Source: Minutocellus sp. GHC0000111 (lineage: Eukaryota). From it: a stretch of DNA of 64,000 nt. The stretch spans positions 434,001 through 498,000 of the forward strand of contig OZ361260.1 in assembly GCA_977018835.1 (NCBI GenBank). The letters are read 5' to 3'. Within the stretch, counting starts at the first letter, position 1. Every line of letters starts with the position of its first letter. A program made the position numbers and the translations under genes. Below the pieces are notes generated by a model. The model did not search any database, was not told the DNA's origin, and worked only from the letters and a program-made list of their open reading frames with translations. This document shows, in pieces, positions 10,801-21,284 of the stretch.

Positions 10801-13366
10801 TTCTGGTCGTAAGACGACCTCCAGTAGCAGTGGCGGCGATGATGAGAGCTATTCCGATAGCGTCAGCGTTGCCAGTCGAAGCAGCATCAGCACCAACAAG
10901 GCATCGAATCGTCCCAAGCTCGATCGAAACAAGTACCGTGATCCGGCCATTCCAGGCTCGGAGGTACCCCCTTGCAGGAAGGATCTGTCGACATCTGACG
11001 TCACCCAATGTATCGGTCGCAAGGAGTGGCTGTCCATCGTTCCCGAGATGATGAACGTATGCAACGAGGCTGCTCGTCGCGCCACTCTGGATGTTGATCC
11101 CGACGCCGAACGCTACGAGAAACCTCTCTCGGACGTCTACATGACGGAACGTCTCGAGTATGATGCTGTTGTTACGGGCTACACCTGCCATACCAAGGCA
11201 GCTCCCCACTATCTGCAAGGTTTTGTCGTTGTTACCGACTTTCAAGTCTTTCGCAAGTCCTTCCGGTGGACTACCAGTGAGGAGCCATCCGCTGGTATCA
11301 CGCCGTCGAATATTCGCCTTCGTGCCACCGATATCACTGGGTCGCTGACGGCAGACCTTCAGAAAGTCAAGACTCGTGGTGCTCGAGGCCGCGATGGTAT
11401 CGTCTTTGACCGTGTTGCCGAGGTTGCGCTGCTCGGAGGTTTGCGTTGCGGTGGGAAATTGCTTGAGAGAGCTCTCATCGAGCTCCGTCAATCCCGTAGC
11501 TACGACTTTGTCGTCCTTCAAGCCACCAAGATTGCCATCCCCTTCTACGAGCGCATGGGCTTTGTCCGTGTTGGTGCCGTCTGTCGCTTCAACGACAACC
11601 CCACCCTACCAGAGGTATCCTACCGACACTGGAGCGAGATCGTCGATAACGAGGCCATGGAGGCTTCGTACATGATGGCTCTCAGGCTCCAGGATTTTGA
11701 GGGTGGTGGAAAGAAGAAGAAGCCGCCGCCGGCGGCAGCTCCCTCGGATTCCTCCAGCAATGGCATATCCAATGGTAGCAGTATTTCCACAGACGAAAGG
11801 AGGGCAGAGGCATCATCGGCGCTGCGCTCGGCCTGTGCCCTGCTGTCGGATGCCGCAGTCCTGCGTGCCCTTGGAACTACGGCATCGGTCCACAGCCTTC
11901 GGGAGATGCTTGCAACTGCCAATGACTTTGCCAAGTGCGCTGGAGACAAGGAAATGATGAAGACCATCAAGCGTGCAACGAATCAGTGTGACCCTCGTTT
12001 TAAGCGCATTGGCGAGGCCAAGATGATTCTTCGCGAAGAGCTGGATCTTCCTATTGGAAACGGTGGAAGTGGAAAGATTTCTGCTGCTGCTGCTGCGGCG
12101 GCGGCGGCTTCCTCAACGACGACAACGACGGCTGCAAACCGCTCCACGTCCGTGACAAGTAGCAACTCGTCCCTATCGGATGGCGAATGCGCCACGTTGG
12201 CAGAAATGCATCGGAGTGGTACCATCGAAAACAACGACGATGATGACGACGAAGAGGAAGAAGAAGAATATTCCGACGTCAAGGTTTCAGTGACCGTGGA
12301 TGGCACGGCCATCCCTCCCTCTAGAAGAAATGAGGAGGAACTGCAGGCTCGTGTCAGCAATAGTTCCGGTGTGCCTCTTCGAGAGATCACCGTATCCATT
12401 CGCATGGGTGGATCCAATTACGAGCCTGAAGATGAAGAGGAGGGGCATACCCTCCTGGCACGGCTTCGACTCTACGAGGAGCGCAAGAATTGTTCCGAGC
12501 TCAAGTCTGCTACCGCCATTGCACTTCAGTGTCTGCGCGACACGCTCCGGGATGGTGACTTTCTGCATGGGGAGGAGGCTTGTCAAGTACCACCGGTCCG
12601 GCCGGGAGATTTTTGCATGATTCGCGTCCTGGCCAAGGATGGGAGCCTCATGTGGCTTCCGGCCCAGGTAAGGAGACACTGCAAGGACTACGAGCTTCCC
12701 ACCGACACTACCGATGCCAGCACTCACAATTCCTTCATCGTCAAGACGGTCGAGGCCGACACGGTGGAAGAATTCTCGGTCTGCCTCGACCCAGCCAGTC
12801 GAGGCGTCGGTAGGATGTGGTGCACCAATACGGATTGGTACAGCTTCCAGGTGATGCCTCCCGCCATTCTCGACGAGCTTCTCATTGGCTCTTGCGTGGA
12901 CTATCCCCTGGAGAGCGGTATTCGGAGGGAGGGATTCATCGCGTCCCGAGTCGGCACTGGATTGCAAGGGGATGTGCCCCGTTGGAAACTCGTCACGTAT
13001 GATGATGACGAAGAAGGCGTCCGAGAGCACTCCTTCGAGTACACCGCCGCGGCACTCAAGGAGGCCGTGACGATTACCGATCACAATTTGCAGAAGTCCG
13101 CGGCCGTCATTCGCACCTTGCCACCGATGGCTTTTGACGATGGTGGATCATCCTCATCGGACCTTGGCGTCGATGACGACGATGACAATGTGGTGGCCAA
13201 ATCCACATCGCGTGCTTCTTTTGCCAACGGACGCCGTTCCGCCGATGCATTGGCAGGAGTCAACGAAGAGGATCTCGCAGAATGGATCCAGCATCGGCTG
13301 GAGAAGTGCAAATTGGTCGAGGACGAAGCTGCCGAGCCGCCCAAGAAGAAACGACGACGAAGGTAG
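7808..13366 (+). CDS. Large nuclear chromatin protein: chromodomain + bromodomain + GNAT acetyltransferase-like domain
   Basis: Chromo (EVFAIERIL...VEYLIVWKGF...NTWEP, ~9515-9650); bromo (FFSKPVDP...APDYYDVI...MCL...CRKYN, ~10020-10340); GNAT (EVALLGGLRCGGKLL...VVLQATKIAIPFYERMGF, ~11130-11700); C-terminal NLS PPKKKRRRR; first ATG at 7808. Confidence 0.85.
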   Translation: MSSTRKTAAGSTSAGSPIADGTAGLRQQAGSASQGGGSSSSLKRPRPAEQEQQQEGQQQERRIEMNSDEEAVAAVMMRMHDKERSPAAPPGVPDPLQLLGGGRSGGPGNSNSNSSGAPTRNGHHHQQQQQQQKQQQNERDGSHGTKSTSMAALSVQSRTEELLLQSQSQNRNQPTTTSSSMITMMGNGNQQQQHQQERSNLIRRSGSASGGGSSASRGGIFDDAEEQQQHGHGKKEDVLGSYQYGHVHSHSNNKNNDGNGRPSTAPARLIGLSIQTTSNGSANARSNAGGVELGHVSSFDNDSVTSPRSNASSSSRTRRASVDEVGATEMAMATSTTAAAAANGMAPLLTAPSKLEGGSHKSYDSSDDDLSRVLVFGGGVGSEDSEDGSDADVSSSSISRGGADEEQASETAAPTDAHTKANTADAAVEECEKGGLRDRGRGDQDEGGTKNTNDTSSSLDDPTKSSIIQKTSSATSRSLSQTPTKGNLLLQASARRHVEPSSEPPRSSKLRFSVPALANSVLNTASAGTAATAIGPLALATANTSDPSSATTTSALASASFSAAVPDGEEVFAIERILGRRYNASKRRVEYLIVWKGFADKPDENTWEPPEHLSIPSLNFVQRRWGDSKPSRTAAIEMTDSDLDEERMRAFFEWEKTKTQEQAAAAAAAAATKKKKAATSKRKKAGTGGRRGSSGSGGAGRGSKKNMGVSAFLEDGETTLTFGDGMADPKSFVKQTLLELVRKVRSKVDAYGFFSKPVDPITSQAPDYYDVIDREKEAMCLDLIELKIKSGTLMTVDAFEAHLQRIVHCCRKYNTNPNNFVRLEADKIEERAAPMIDVARRAINRRLSSLSAFAALSVQPQEKGEEEDSSEDTRNEEVKKSGSTSNANGVGNNRKRRRSKVDNDDDDDSGDDDDHDDNNDTNTGGRRRSRPKSKRTRRSKACSPTPGRRTSARRIPTSGKKGFADADAGSSGGSGNIGDATAKRPTRATRKSVDYSENSGRKTTSSSSGGDDESYSDSVSVASRSSISTNKASNRPKLDRNKYRDPAIPGSEVPPCRKDLSTSDVTQCIGRKEWLSIVPEMMNVCNEAARRATLDVDPDAERYEKPLSDVYMTERLEYDAVVTGYTCHTKAAPHYLQGFVVVTDFQVFRKSFRWTTSEEPSAGITPSNIRLRATDITGSLTADLQKVKTRGARGRDGIVFDRVAEVALLGGLRCGGKLLERALIELRQSRSYDFVVLQATKIAIPFYERMGFVRVGAVCRFNDNPTLPEVSYRHWSEIVDNEAMEASYMMALRLQDFEGGGKKKKPPPAAAPSDSSSNGISNGSSISTDERRAEASSALRSACALLSDAAVLRALGTTASVHSLREMLATANDFAKCAGDKEMMKTIKRATNQCDPRFKRIGEAKMILREELDLPIGNGGSGKISAAAAAAAAASSTTTTTAANRSTSVTSSNSSLSDGECATLAEMHRSGTIENNDDDDDEEEEEEYSDVKVSVTVDGTAIPPSRRNEEELQARVSNSSGVPLREITVSIRMGGSNYEPEDEEEGHTLLARLRLYEERKNCSELKSATAIALQCLRDTLRDGDFLHGEEACQVPPVRPGDFCMIRVLAKDGSLMWLPAQVRRHCKDYELPTDTTDASTHNSFIVKTVEADTVEEFSVCLDPASRGVGRMWCTNTDWYSFQVMPPAILDELLIGSCVDYPLESGIRREGFIASRVGTGLQGDVPRWKLVTYDDDEEGVREHSFEYTAAALKEAVTITDHNLQKSAAVIRTLPPMAFDDGGSSSSDLGVDDDDDNVVAKSTSRASFANGRRSADALAGVNEEDLAEWIQHRLEKCKLVEDEAAEPPKKKRRRR

Positions 13367-14154
13367 ATTGATAATTTGATTGGTGGTAGGTTTATTGGTG
13401 TTGGTCTGGTGAGGGGAGGAATTCAAGATGAGGTGCGACGAGAAAATGTTTAGAGCTGAGGTAGAACTCTTGCCTGTGGTGGAAAGAGAGAAGGGGGGAA
13501 CACAAACACGTAGTAGTAGTACTGTAGAAAGAGAAGATCATTTGTATGGACAAGCTCCCTTCCCGAACAATCTTTACTAATCAGCTGGGTGCCGTGATGC
13601 GAGAACGCTGTTACTGCCAGCCAGCCAGAGCCAACGCTATGCGATGGTATTGGGTAACGCTGCATAGGGACGCGGTCTGACCTCGACTAACACTCCGACA
13701 AAAGAACCAGCTAGCTTCCGATACTTCCGGAAAGCCGGGTTGGGGCGACGAACTCAATACGTAACTCACCAAGCTTTGTAACTACGGCGGTACTGTCTAA
13801 CTACGTAGCTGTACAGGTATGGGGCTTTGCACGATCGCTTCACAACAGTCTCGAGGAGAGGAGAAGAGTTGCACCGACCCAACAGCCTCGATGCCTGTTG
13901 CTTCAGGCTGCGTTGTGAGCAAGAAGCGGCTGCAAGGGTTCGCACCTCGTGTGTCATCGCTTGGTCATTTCAATTGCCGCTCATTTTTTTTTATTTTTTT
14001 TCTTTGAAAAACACGGGCAGCCGCAGGACAGGAGTGGCCCTCCACCCCAGAGTCGAATCGGCGGAAGGACGAGCGCCCCAGCGGTGATTACATGCACCCA
14101 ATACTCGGATCGTGGAGTTACACACTTAGAGCGCCTCCCAATACCACGGCCACA

Positions 14155-15930
14155 ATGTCCACCACAAAGTGCAAACCTGCAGAGTTGTTGCGCCAAAAGC
14201 TCATCAATCTTTCTCTCGAGATAGAGGACAGAGCCAAATCCATTGATTTGATCAACAAGGAGATCCAAAAGGAGGATGAGGCATACACTCTGCTGGAATC
14301 TGAGCAAACACAGCGATCCAACGTCGAGCTCGAGAGCATTGCAGCTCAACACAAGTCCGAGAGGGAAGAGGTCCTTCAACAGATTCACAATTCCATCGCC
14401 ACCAAGAAAGAATTTGCCGGCAAGGTTCAATCATTTGTCGACGACAAGCGACAGAAAGAGGCAGAAGCTGCAGAGGCAATCAATAGCATTCGTCGGGCCA
14501 ACCAATCGTCCATCTCCAGTGCCCTTGAATCCTTCCGCGGCGCCGAGACATCTCGTACGGATACCTTCTTAGCTGAAGAGGCCAACAAGATCAAGCAACA
14601 GACCATCAAGGCACTTGAGCCTGAAGTTAGACGTATCATGGAGCTCCATCGCGACGCCATTGGTGCGACGAAGAGGGCCGAGGAGGAAGAGGCACAAGAA
14701 ATCACCGCTGCCCTGAATGCTATTTGCCAACAGAGGATCGAATCCTTTCGCAGGGAGTCCAAGCAGGAACATGGTCGCCACATCGCCGAGATGCAGGACG
14801 CTTACAACGAACGATCGTCTGCCTTGTATGACGAGCATACCATTGCGGTCTCTCAACTTAGGCATCAGATTTCACTATCGAAGGAAAGTCAAAGAAATCA
14901 GCACAACGAACGCTTGCGGCAGCTATCGGATCGTAATTCGTCCGAATTGCTCGCGGCAAGATCCGAGGCAGAGGGTCGACTCTCCCAGCTTCGCAGACAG
15001 CACGAGCAAGAGGTGGATGCCTTCAAGGCCAAATCCAAGGAAGAGCTACAGGCCATTAGCAACGATTTGGACCAGCGCAAGGCGGACATTCAAAAGGATT
15101 TACGCATCAGGATGGAGCAGAAACGATCCACCCGTGTCCAAGTTCCCAAGAGCCAACTGATGCATCAGCGACACGCCAATATCGAGGAAATGATTCGCAG
15201 CTCCGAAACGGATTTGGTCCGTCACGAAAGACGTGTCCGGAATGAGACTGACAAGCGAGAGAAAATGGCGAAGACCGAGCATGTGCGCGAGATGGAACGA
15301 ATCCGTGGAGAGACTCGACAGCATCAGGAGCATCTCGGATCGATCTCGAATGATATCAAGGAGCTTCAGAGTCGTAAGATCACGTTGCAGAAAGATCTCA
15401 AGAGTATTGAGGACGCCACAGAGACCTCGCGTCAGCTGTGCAAGGAGATTCAATCCAACGTGACGGAAATGGAGACCGAGTGTAGTAAACAGCAGACTAC
15501 GATCAAGGCTGAGATGGAGACCGAGCTGAAGCGATACGGAGACAGGATCCAACTTCTCAACGAGCAGATTGCCGAGGTGACAGAACAGTCGAAGATGGAT
15601 CAAACTCAGCACGAAGAGCGTATGAGATCCATTGCTGATGAGCACGAAAAGACTTTGGATGAGCTAGATGCCAAGGCTCGAGCTGATCTTACAGCTCTCG
15701 ATGAACGACATGCTGAGATTGCCAGGGAGGTAGAGGATATGTCGACGCGCGTGGAGCATCAGGAGACGATGCTGCTACGATACACCGAGGATCAAAAGGA
15801 AGATAGGAAAGAGGGCGAGGATGCATTTGATGGCAATGATACGAAAGAAAAGGTTGAACGGTCGAAGAAGCGAGGCCCAGCGAGGATCCGCAGAGTCCTT
15901 AAAAATATCAGCAGGAACAACAAAGCGTAA
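14155..15930 (+). CDS. CEP131: Coiled-coil centrosomal/ciliary protein, CEP131 (AZI1)-like
   Basis: Long coiled coil containing KIKQQTIKALEPEVRRIMELH, resembling the conserved CEP131 'TIKGLEPEI' segment (recalled, not searched); start may be 14092 or 14155. Confidence 0.65.
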   Translation: MSTTKCKPAELLRQKLINLSLEIEDRAKSIDLINKEIQKEDEAYTLLESEQTQRSNVELESIAAQHKSEREEVLQQIHNSIATKKEFAGKVQSFVDDKRQKEAEAAEAINSIRRANQSSISSALESFRGAETSRTDTFLAEEANKIKQQTIKALEPEVRRIMELHRDAIGATKRAEEEEAQEITAALNAICQQRIESFRRESKQEHGRHIAEMQDAYNERSSALYDEHTIAVSQLRHQISLSKESQRNQHNERLRQLSDRNSSELLAARSEAEGRLSQLRRQHEQEVDAFKAKSKEELQAISNDLDQRKADIQKDLRIRMEQKRSTRVQVPKSQLMHQRHANIEEMIRSSETDLVRHERRVRNETDKREKMAKTEHVREMERIRGETRQHQEHLGSISNDIKELQSRKITLQKDLKSIEDATETSRQLCKEIQSNVTEMETECSKQQTTIKAEMETELKRYGDRIQLLNEQIAEVTEQSKMDQTQHEERMRSIADEHEKTLDELDAKARADLTALDERHAEIAREVEDMSTRVEHQETMLLRYTEDQKEDRKEGEDAFDGNDTKEKVERSKKRGPARIRRVLKNISRNNKA

Positions 15931-16032
15931 CGACCAGTACAACGTTAGCTTCTAATTTGCTTCGTAGCAGCAAGATACACTTCCTTTTTATTTATGATAC
16001 AAATGTGTTCCATTTAGACTACTTGTACTTAG

Positions 16033-17465
16033 TTACGATGTCTTGTTCTTATTCTTATTCTTTCGCCCAACGCTAAACTTGATGGTCTTGGACGAGGTTG
16101 ATGCAGGCACCACCGTATCATTTTGTTTGACTTTCGAAGAAAGCCCATTGGCCTTCTCAGCAAGATGCTGGAATGTTGTCACATTCTCCTGCAGACCTTC
16201 GTTCCGTAGGATCTGAAGAATGTCTTTGGGTATTGGTTTTTTATTCTCTTCACATGCCGCACTGTTGTCTTTTGATAGATCGGGCGATCCAACTGAAGGG
16301 AGTACAATTACACGCCGGCCCTGACTGTCTGTGGTTTCGAGACCTCGACCACGCGAAACGCTGCTAGCTGGAGTCTCGTCAGGTGTTCTCCCAGTGGTGC
16401 TTTTGTCGTCGTCATGTCCGGCAATTTGTATTGTTCCCTTGAGCACGTGGCCGATTGTAACCAAGGCACTTGGGAGTGCCTCTCGGCATATTGGACAGGA
16501 GGGTGAAGCCGTGGTGGCCATGTCACCGATGTGAAGCAGACATAGAGAATGACCGCAGGGCAAGGTCAAGCAATCGTTGTATTCTGATAGACATACCGGG
16601 CAAGATAACATTTGCCGAGCATGCTCAATTGCATGATCGAGGTCCTGTTGATTGTATCTACAAAAGCAATGGTCGGAAGGGCCCGAGCCAGAACCGCCGT
16701 CTCGTACTCGAGCTCGTTCTGCCAGCTCAACCGTAGCACCCTTCTCCTCTGATACACGTCCAGACCCCAACAATCTCAGGCGGAGACCACTGGAACAAGA
16801 ATGAGCGCTGCCGCCCAAACTACCCCGTCCATCGCCATCATCTGGCGACCCATGAGAAGCTGTCAATGAGGCCAATATTGAATTCAACTCATCGAACGAA
16901 TCAGCAATCTGGTCCATATTGATGTCCAAAGTCTTGGGCAGCGATTCCACCTCCTCTCGAAGCTTCTCTATGGTGATATCTTTCTCTTCATCCTCACCAC
17001 CCCTTACCATTCTACCACTGTTGCTCAGCAGATAGTCAGGATGGTCCGATCGCATACGGAATCCTTCCGGCGATGGGCCACTAATTCGCACCAACTGTCC
17101 TCGATAGTCCTGTACATATCGAATGATTTGATCGGTCTCAGGATCATGGGCAAGAATCACTGGTATCGACGCATGCGCACCATTGATCTGAGTGCTCAGC
17201 ACATTAGCATTGTGCGCCGCCCGGCGACGTCGGCCTGCGTCACCTGTTCCTCCTCCTGCTCTTGTTGATGATGATGCTGATGCGGCAGCAGCGTCGGACG
17301 TTTGAGCATCGACTTCATAAACCTGACCACCGCAGAAGCGACAGTGGTTCGACGACGTGTACTGCCGCGAACCGCAAGGCAGCGCTTGACGTAGTTGTGG
17401 GAAAGCGACCCAATGTCCAACACGTTGACCTGCGATCGGATGATGCACGCGAATATGTTGCCCAT
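16033..17465 (-). CDS. C3HC4 RING-finger protein with N-terminal zinc ribbon and likely myristoylated N-terminus; 1-nt frameshift near 17376
   Basis: CPVC...LPCGHSLCLLH...CPICR RING. ATG 17465 gives MGNIFAC...; adding one T to the TT run (17376-17377 on the minus strand) yields KRCLCGSRQYTSSNHCRFCGG joined to the RING ORF. Confidence 0.75.
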
Positions 17466-17694
17466 TATTGTGATGGCTGGCCGGTGGGAATTCTTTTTCC
17501 TTCTTCTCGAGAGGCAGAATTTCAGAATGAATCGAGAAGCGAGCGAAGAGGAACGTACAAGCAAAACAGGAGAATGCGAAGACCAGAGGACCAGATTGAC
17601 TGAAGGGAGGGGATGAACGGCGGCGCAATCCCTCATCGAGGTCCCCCGCAATCCCAACCCAACGTCTCCGCACTCCATCTCCTCTCAGCTTGAG

Positions 17695-20600
17695 ATGGCT
17701 CACGACGATGCCGTATCGACCGCCATCCAGGCCGGTGCCTCGATCAACCAGATCGAGAATCTAGCGTACGGAGGTGGCGTCGTATCCACGGCGTCCATCC
17801 TCGATGCCTCCGGGGGCGATTCGTACAACCCCACCAACCGCATGGTCAACCCTGCTCTGGAGTACTCTCCTCACATCTTTGATCTGACTCCGTCCCAGAC
17901 GCAGCCCTGGATCACGTCCGATGAGCTCGACAAGTTCGTTGGTGGGGTGCAGAATCTGCGTCCCGACATTAACGAGTGGTTGGACGTCGTTCTGCCCGAG
18001 ATGGAGATGCAGGGAGGAGGAATCCAACCCGATGGTCAGCCAAACGACAACGACAAGGTGACTCTTGACGAGATTTTGAAAAACAGTGCTGCCTTTTCCG
18101 GCATTGTTTCGAACACCAACACCAATGCCAACTCTCCTGCCACTAGTACCACTACCGGTACCGTCAACAACCAGGGCGCTGCGTTTGCGGGTGGCTACAC
18201 CATCGATCCCGTCACCGGAGTTTACCTGGATTCCAATGGCATGGTCATCACCGACCCGGCCGCCTTTGGCATTGGAAACACCAATCCCGGTGGTAGCACG
18301 ACCGTCGGGTCCATCACCTTCCCCGGCCCCAGTCCTCCGGCCGTGTCCACCACGCCCAACTTTCCCGATATCAAAAACCCATCGCCGACACAACCGTCCA
18401 ACTATCCCGACCCGACTATTCAGGGGGGTGTTCAGTTGCACCACTCCGACATTCTGCCCTATCCCCTCAGCCTTCCGTGGTATCCCAAGGATGGCAGACC
18501 GTGGGTCGATCCCGTCGATCTGCCGACCATCAGTGGCAAGAGTCCCGTTCTGGATGCCATCAATGCCGCACCATCTTCGGAGGTGAAGCAGTTCATTCGC
18601 AACTCGTTCTGGGAGACCGGTTACTGGACCGAGGACAATTTCTTCAGCTACGGCCCGCCCTGCTCGGTGGCCGACGTTGTGGAGTACAACGAGCAGATGA
18701 TCGCTCAGGGTCGGCTCCAGGCCAACAATGGGGCGCAGATTACCGGCAGGGTTGGAAAGAACGGCAAGATCAACGGAGGACAGTTCATCCCCGGACTGCA
18801 CGTTGTGGGCAACGGAGTGGCGCGTGGTGCTCTTGGCCGATGCGAGGGTGACTGTGACGAAGGTGAGCATACTTTTTTTAGTGGTTTTATCCCTTCTATG
18901 CATTGTATGCAATGACAATATCGCCCGATGGCCTCTTTTGATTGCATCTAACCTTTTTCTTGTACCTTTCACCACCAATCACACTAGACAAGGATTGTGG
19001 CCCCGGTCTTGTCTGTCACCAAAGAAAGGAAAGAGAATTGGTACCCGGTTGTACTGGCTGGGGCAAGGACAATGAGCGAAAGATTGGATCTCAGGATGGA
19101 AGTGACTACTGCGTTCGTGAGATCGATGAGGCCGCCTACGATGATGGGTTTTACGAGGGATTCGAAGAGAACATGGACATGGAAGTTATCGACCAGGAGA
19201 TGTTCTTCCTTTTACCTCCGCATTGCTCCGGACCGCAGGGTTGGGCTGATTTGCCCGCATCAAAAGTGCCGGAATCTAAAAATTGGGAAGAATTCAGCGA
19301 GTGGATTGGACCCAGCTTGCAGAAGAACCAGTGCGGCGTCTCGGCACACTACAACCACAACCCGACGAGCAATGAATTTGCTGGAATCACTGGTGCCATT
19401 GCTGGTGTTGTTGGACGTGAAATTGATGATGAAGATGACAATACTGACCAGGCAGCCCTGGAGGATACCTTTGAAACACGCGTTGTGGAGCATCAGCAGA
19501 GTCCCATCGACGTTCGGAGATCACTGGCCGATGCTCAGTGCTTTGAATATCATCAGATTCGTCATAAGAAGGGTGACTTTGACGTTCGCAATGGATCTGT
19601 AAAGAAGCAGATTCTACCCAATAAACTGCGATTGGAGTATCCCCAGGTATACAACGAAAACAAGTATTCCGACGGAATTGGCGGGCCGAGTGCGGATATG
19701 CCCAAGGTGAGTGAACGCATATGAGAGGACTTTTGGGTTCTCCTATGCAGCTTCGTAATACTGATGCACTGAGCTAGTAAAGTTTGCTCACTTTAACCGT
19801 CCCCCCTCTCTTCTCTCTTCGGACAGGGCTGGGGCCATCAACTCCCTGTGACCCATGTTGACCTCAAGATGCCGTCTGAGCATTGGTTTGAAGGGTAAGT
19901 TCTCATAATATCTAGATATCGGCTAGCTTTTGTATCGATTGTCTGATTCATCAGACTCAAATTGCTTCTTCATTTTACTCACGAATAACTTACATGAATG
20001 TCCCACATAATGCAGTCGCCAATATGCGGCCGAGTACCAGATCTTTCTCATCCAGGACCGCGACAGTCAGCGAGGTGCACCAGCAATTTCAGTTCTGGTA
20101 GATCTGCATCCCTATGATTATCCCAACATTCGATTCCAGGAAATGCTCAATCAGTTCCAGGTAGTTTGGGATTCCGATATGGCCGATTGTGAGAGTATGG
20201 TTCGTCGTCGGAGACGCATCATGGCCTCTCTTGCCGTCGAGGATGAGGAAGTGCTCGATCTACTCGAGCATGATGGCAGCTGGACCGATGTCCTTGATGA
20301 AACTGATGCCAACTTTGAAGATCATCGAGCGAATCTCCATCGAAAGGTCCAGGATGATGAAGACGTCTGGGATCTTTGGCACGAGGATGTAAGTTGGCAA
20401 AACTCATAATTTATCAATCGGTTGGAGGAGATTGGAGCCGGCAAAATGAACATTGATCTTACATTCTACTCCATAACCTCTTACCATCTGCACCACAGAT
20501 TGTCACATCGAACTATTTCGTTGGATACGAGGGAAGTCTCACAGAACCACCCTGCACAGAATTCATTTCATGGCGAGTTATTGATCGTCCAGCTCTTATT

Positions 20601-20978
20601 TCCAAGTCTCAGCTTGCTCAGATGAAGAAGCTACTATTCGGGCACGTCGATGGCAAATGTCGCCCGACTTCTAATCATTACAAGGGCAGCGTCGCCCGTC
20701 CTCTCCAACCATACAATAATAGAGAAATGTGGCAATGTACATGCCGCGACTATATCGGCGATGACGAGCGCGATTGGTATGGCAGGAACAGATGCTGGGC
20801 CGGTGACGAGGAGATCTTTCACGAGCGAACCGAGGACGGTCTATACTGGGCCAGCAAGCCACCCCAGCCAGAACGCATGGGCGTCTTTGACTGCGGAGGT
20901 GTTCCTGGTCTGGTACCGCCGTGCTGTGGCAATACCTACGATCCCTACCATTCCTGCTGTGCCAGAGGTGATTGCTAA
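17695..20978 (+). CDS. Frustulin-type ACR domain + alpha-carbonic-anhydrase-like protein (5 exons)
   Basis: Introns 18863-18987, 19707-19826, 19895-20015 and 20389-20498 (all GT-AG, frame-consistent). LGRCEGDCDEDKDCGPGLVCHQR...VPGC...DYC domain; CA motifs QSPIDV, PSEH, GYEGSLTEPPC, SWRVID, ARPLQP. Confidence 0.85.
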
Positions 20979-21132
20979 TGGCAGCTGTGCTTGGATGTAG
21001 GCCTACTTAGTTACGTAGTATCCCTACTCCCTGCTGTGGCAATACCTACGATCCCTACCATTCCTGCTGTGCCAGAGGTGATTGCTAATGGCAGCCGTGC
21101 TTGGATGTAGGCCTACTTAGTTACGTAGTATC
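20922..21132 (+). repeat. 110-bp direct tandem duplication spanning the CA gene stop codon and 3' UTR (mirrored at ~24114-24324)
   Basis: TGCTGTGGCAATACCTACG...TTACGTAGTATC occurs at 20922 and 21032 with one substitution. Confidence 0.9.
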
Positions 21133-21284
21133 TACATTCGACAGGTGTAATCAAACCATAAAAACTCATTTTAAAATCTATACTACATGGGAGATATCAA
21201 ATGCCCAGGGTGTTTGTTTTCGTTTTTGCTTCATCGCAATGGTGCATTTGAAATCAGAGAGAAGAAATATGGGTTTGCCCTGTT

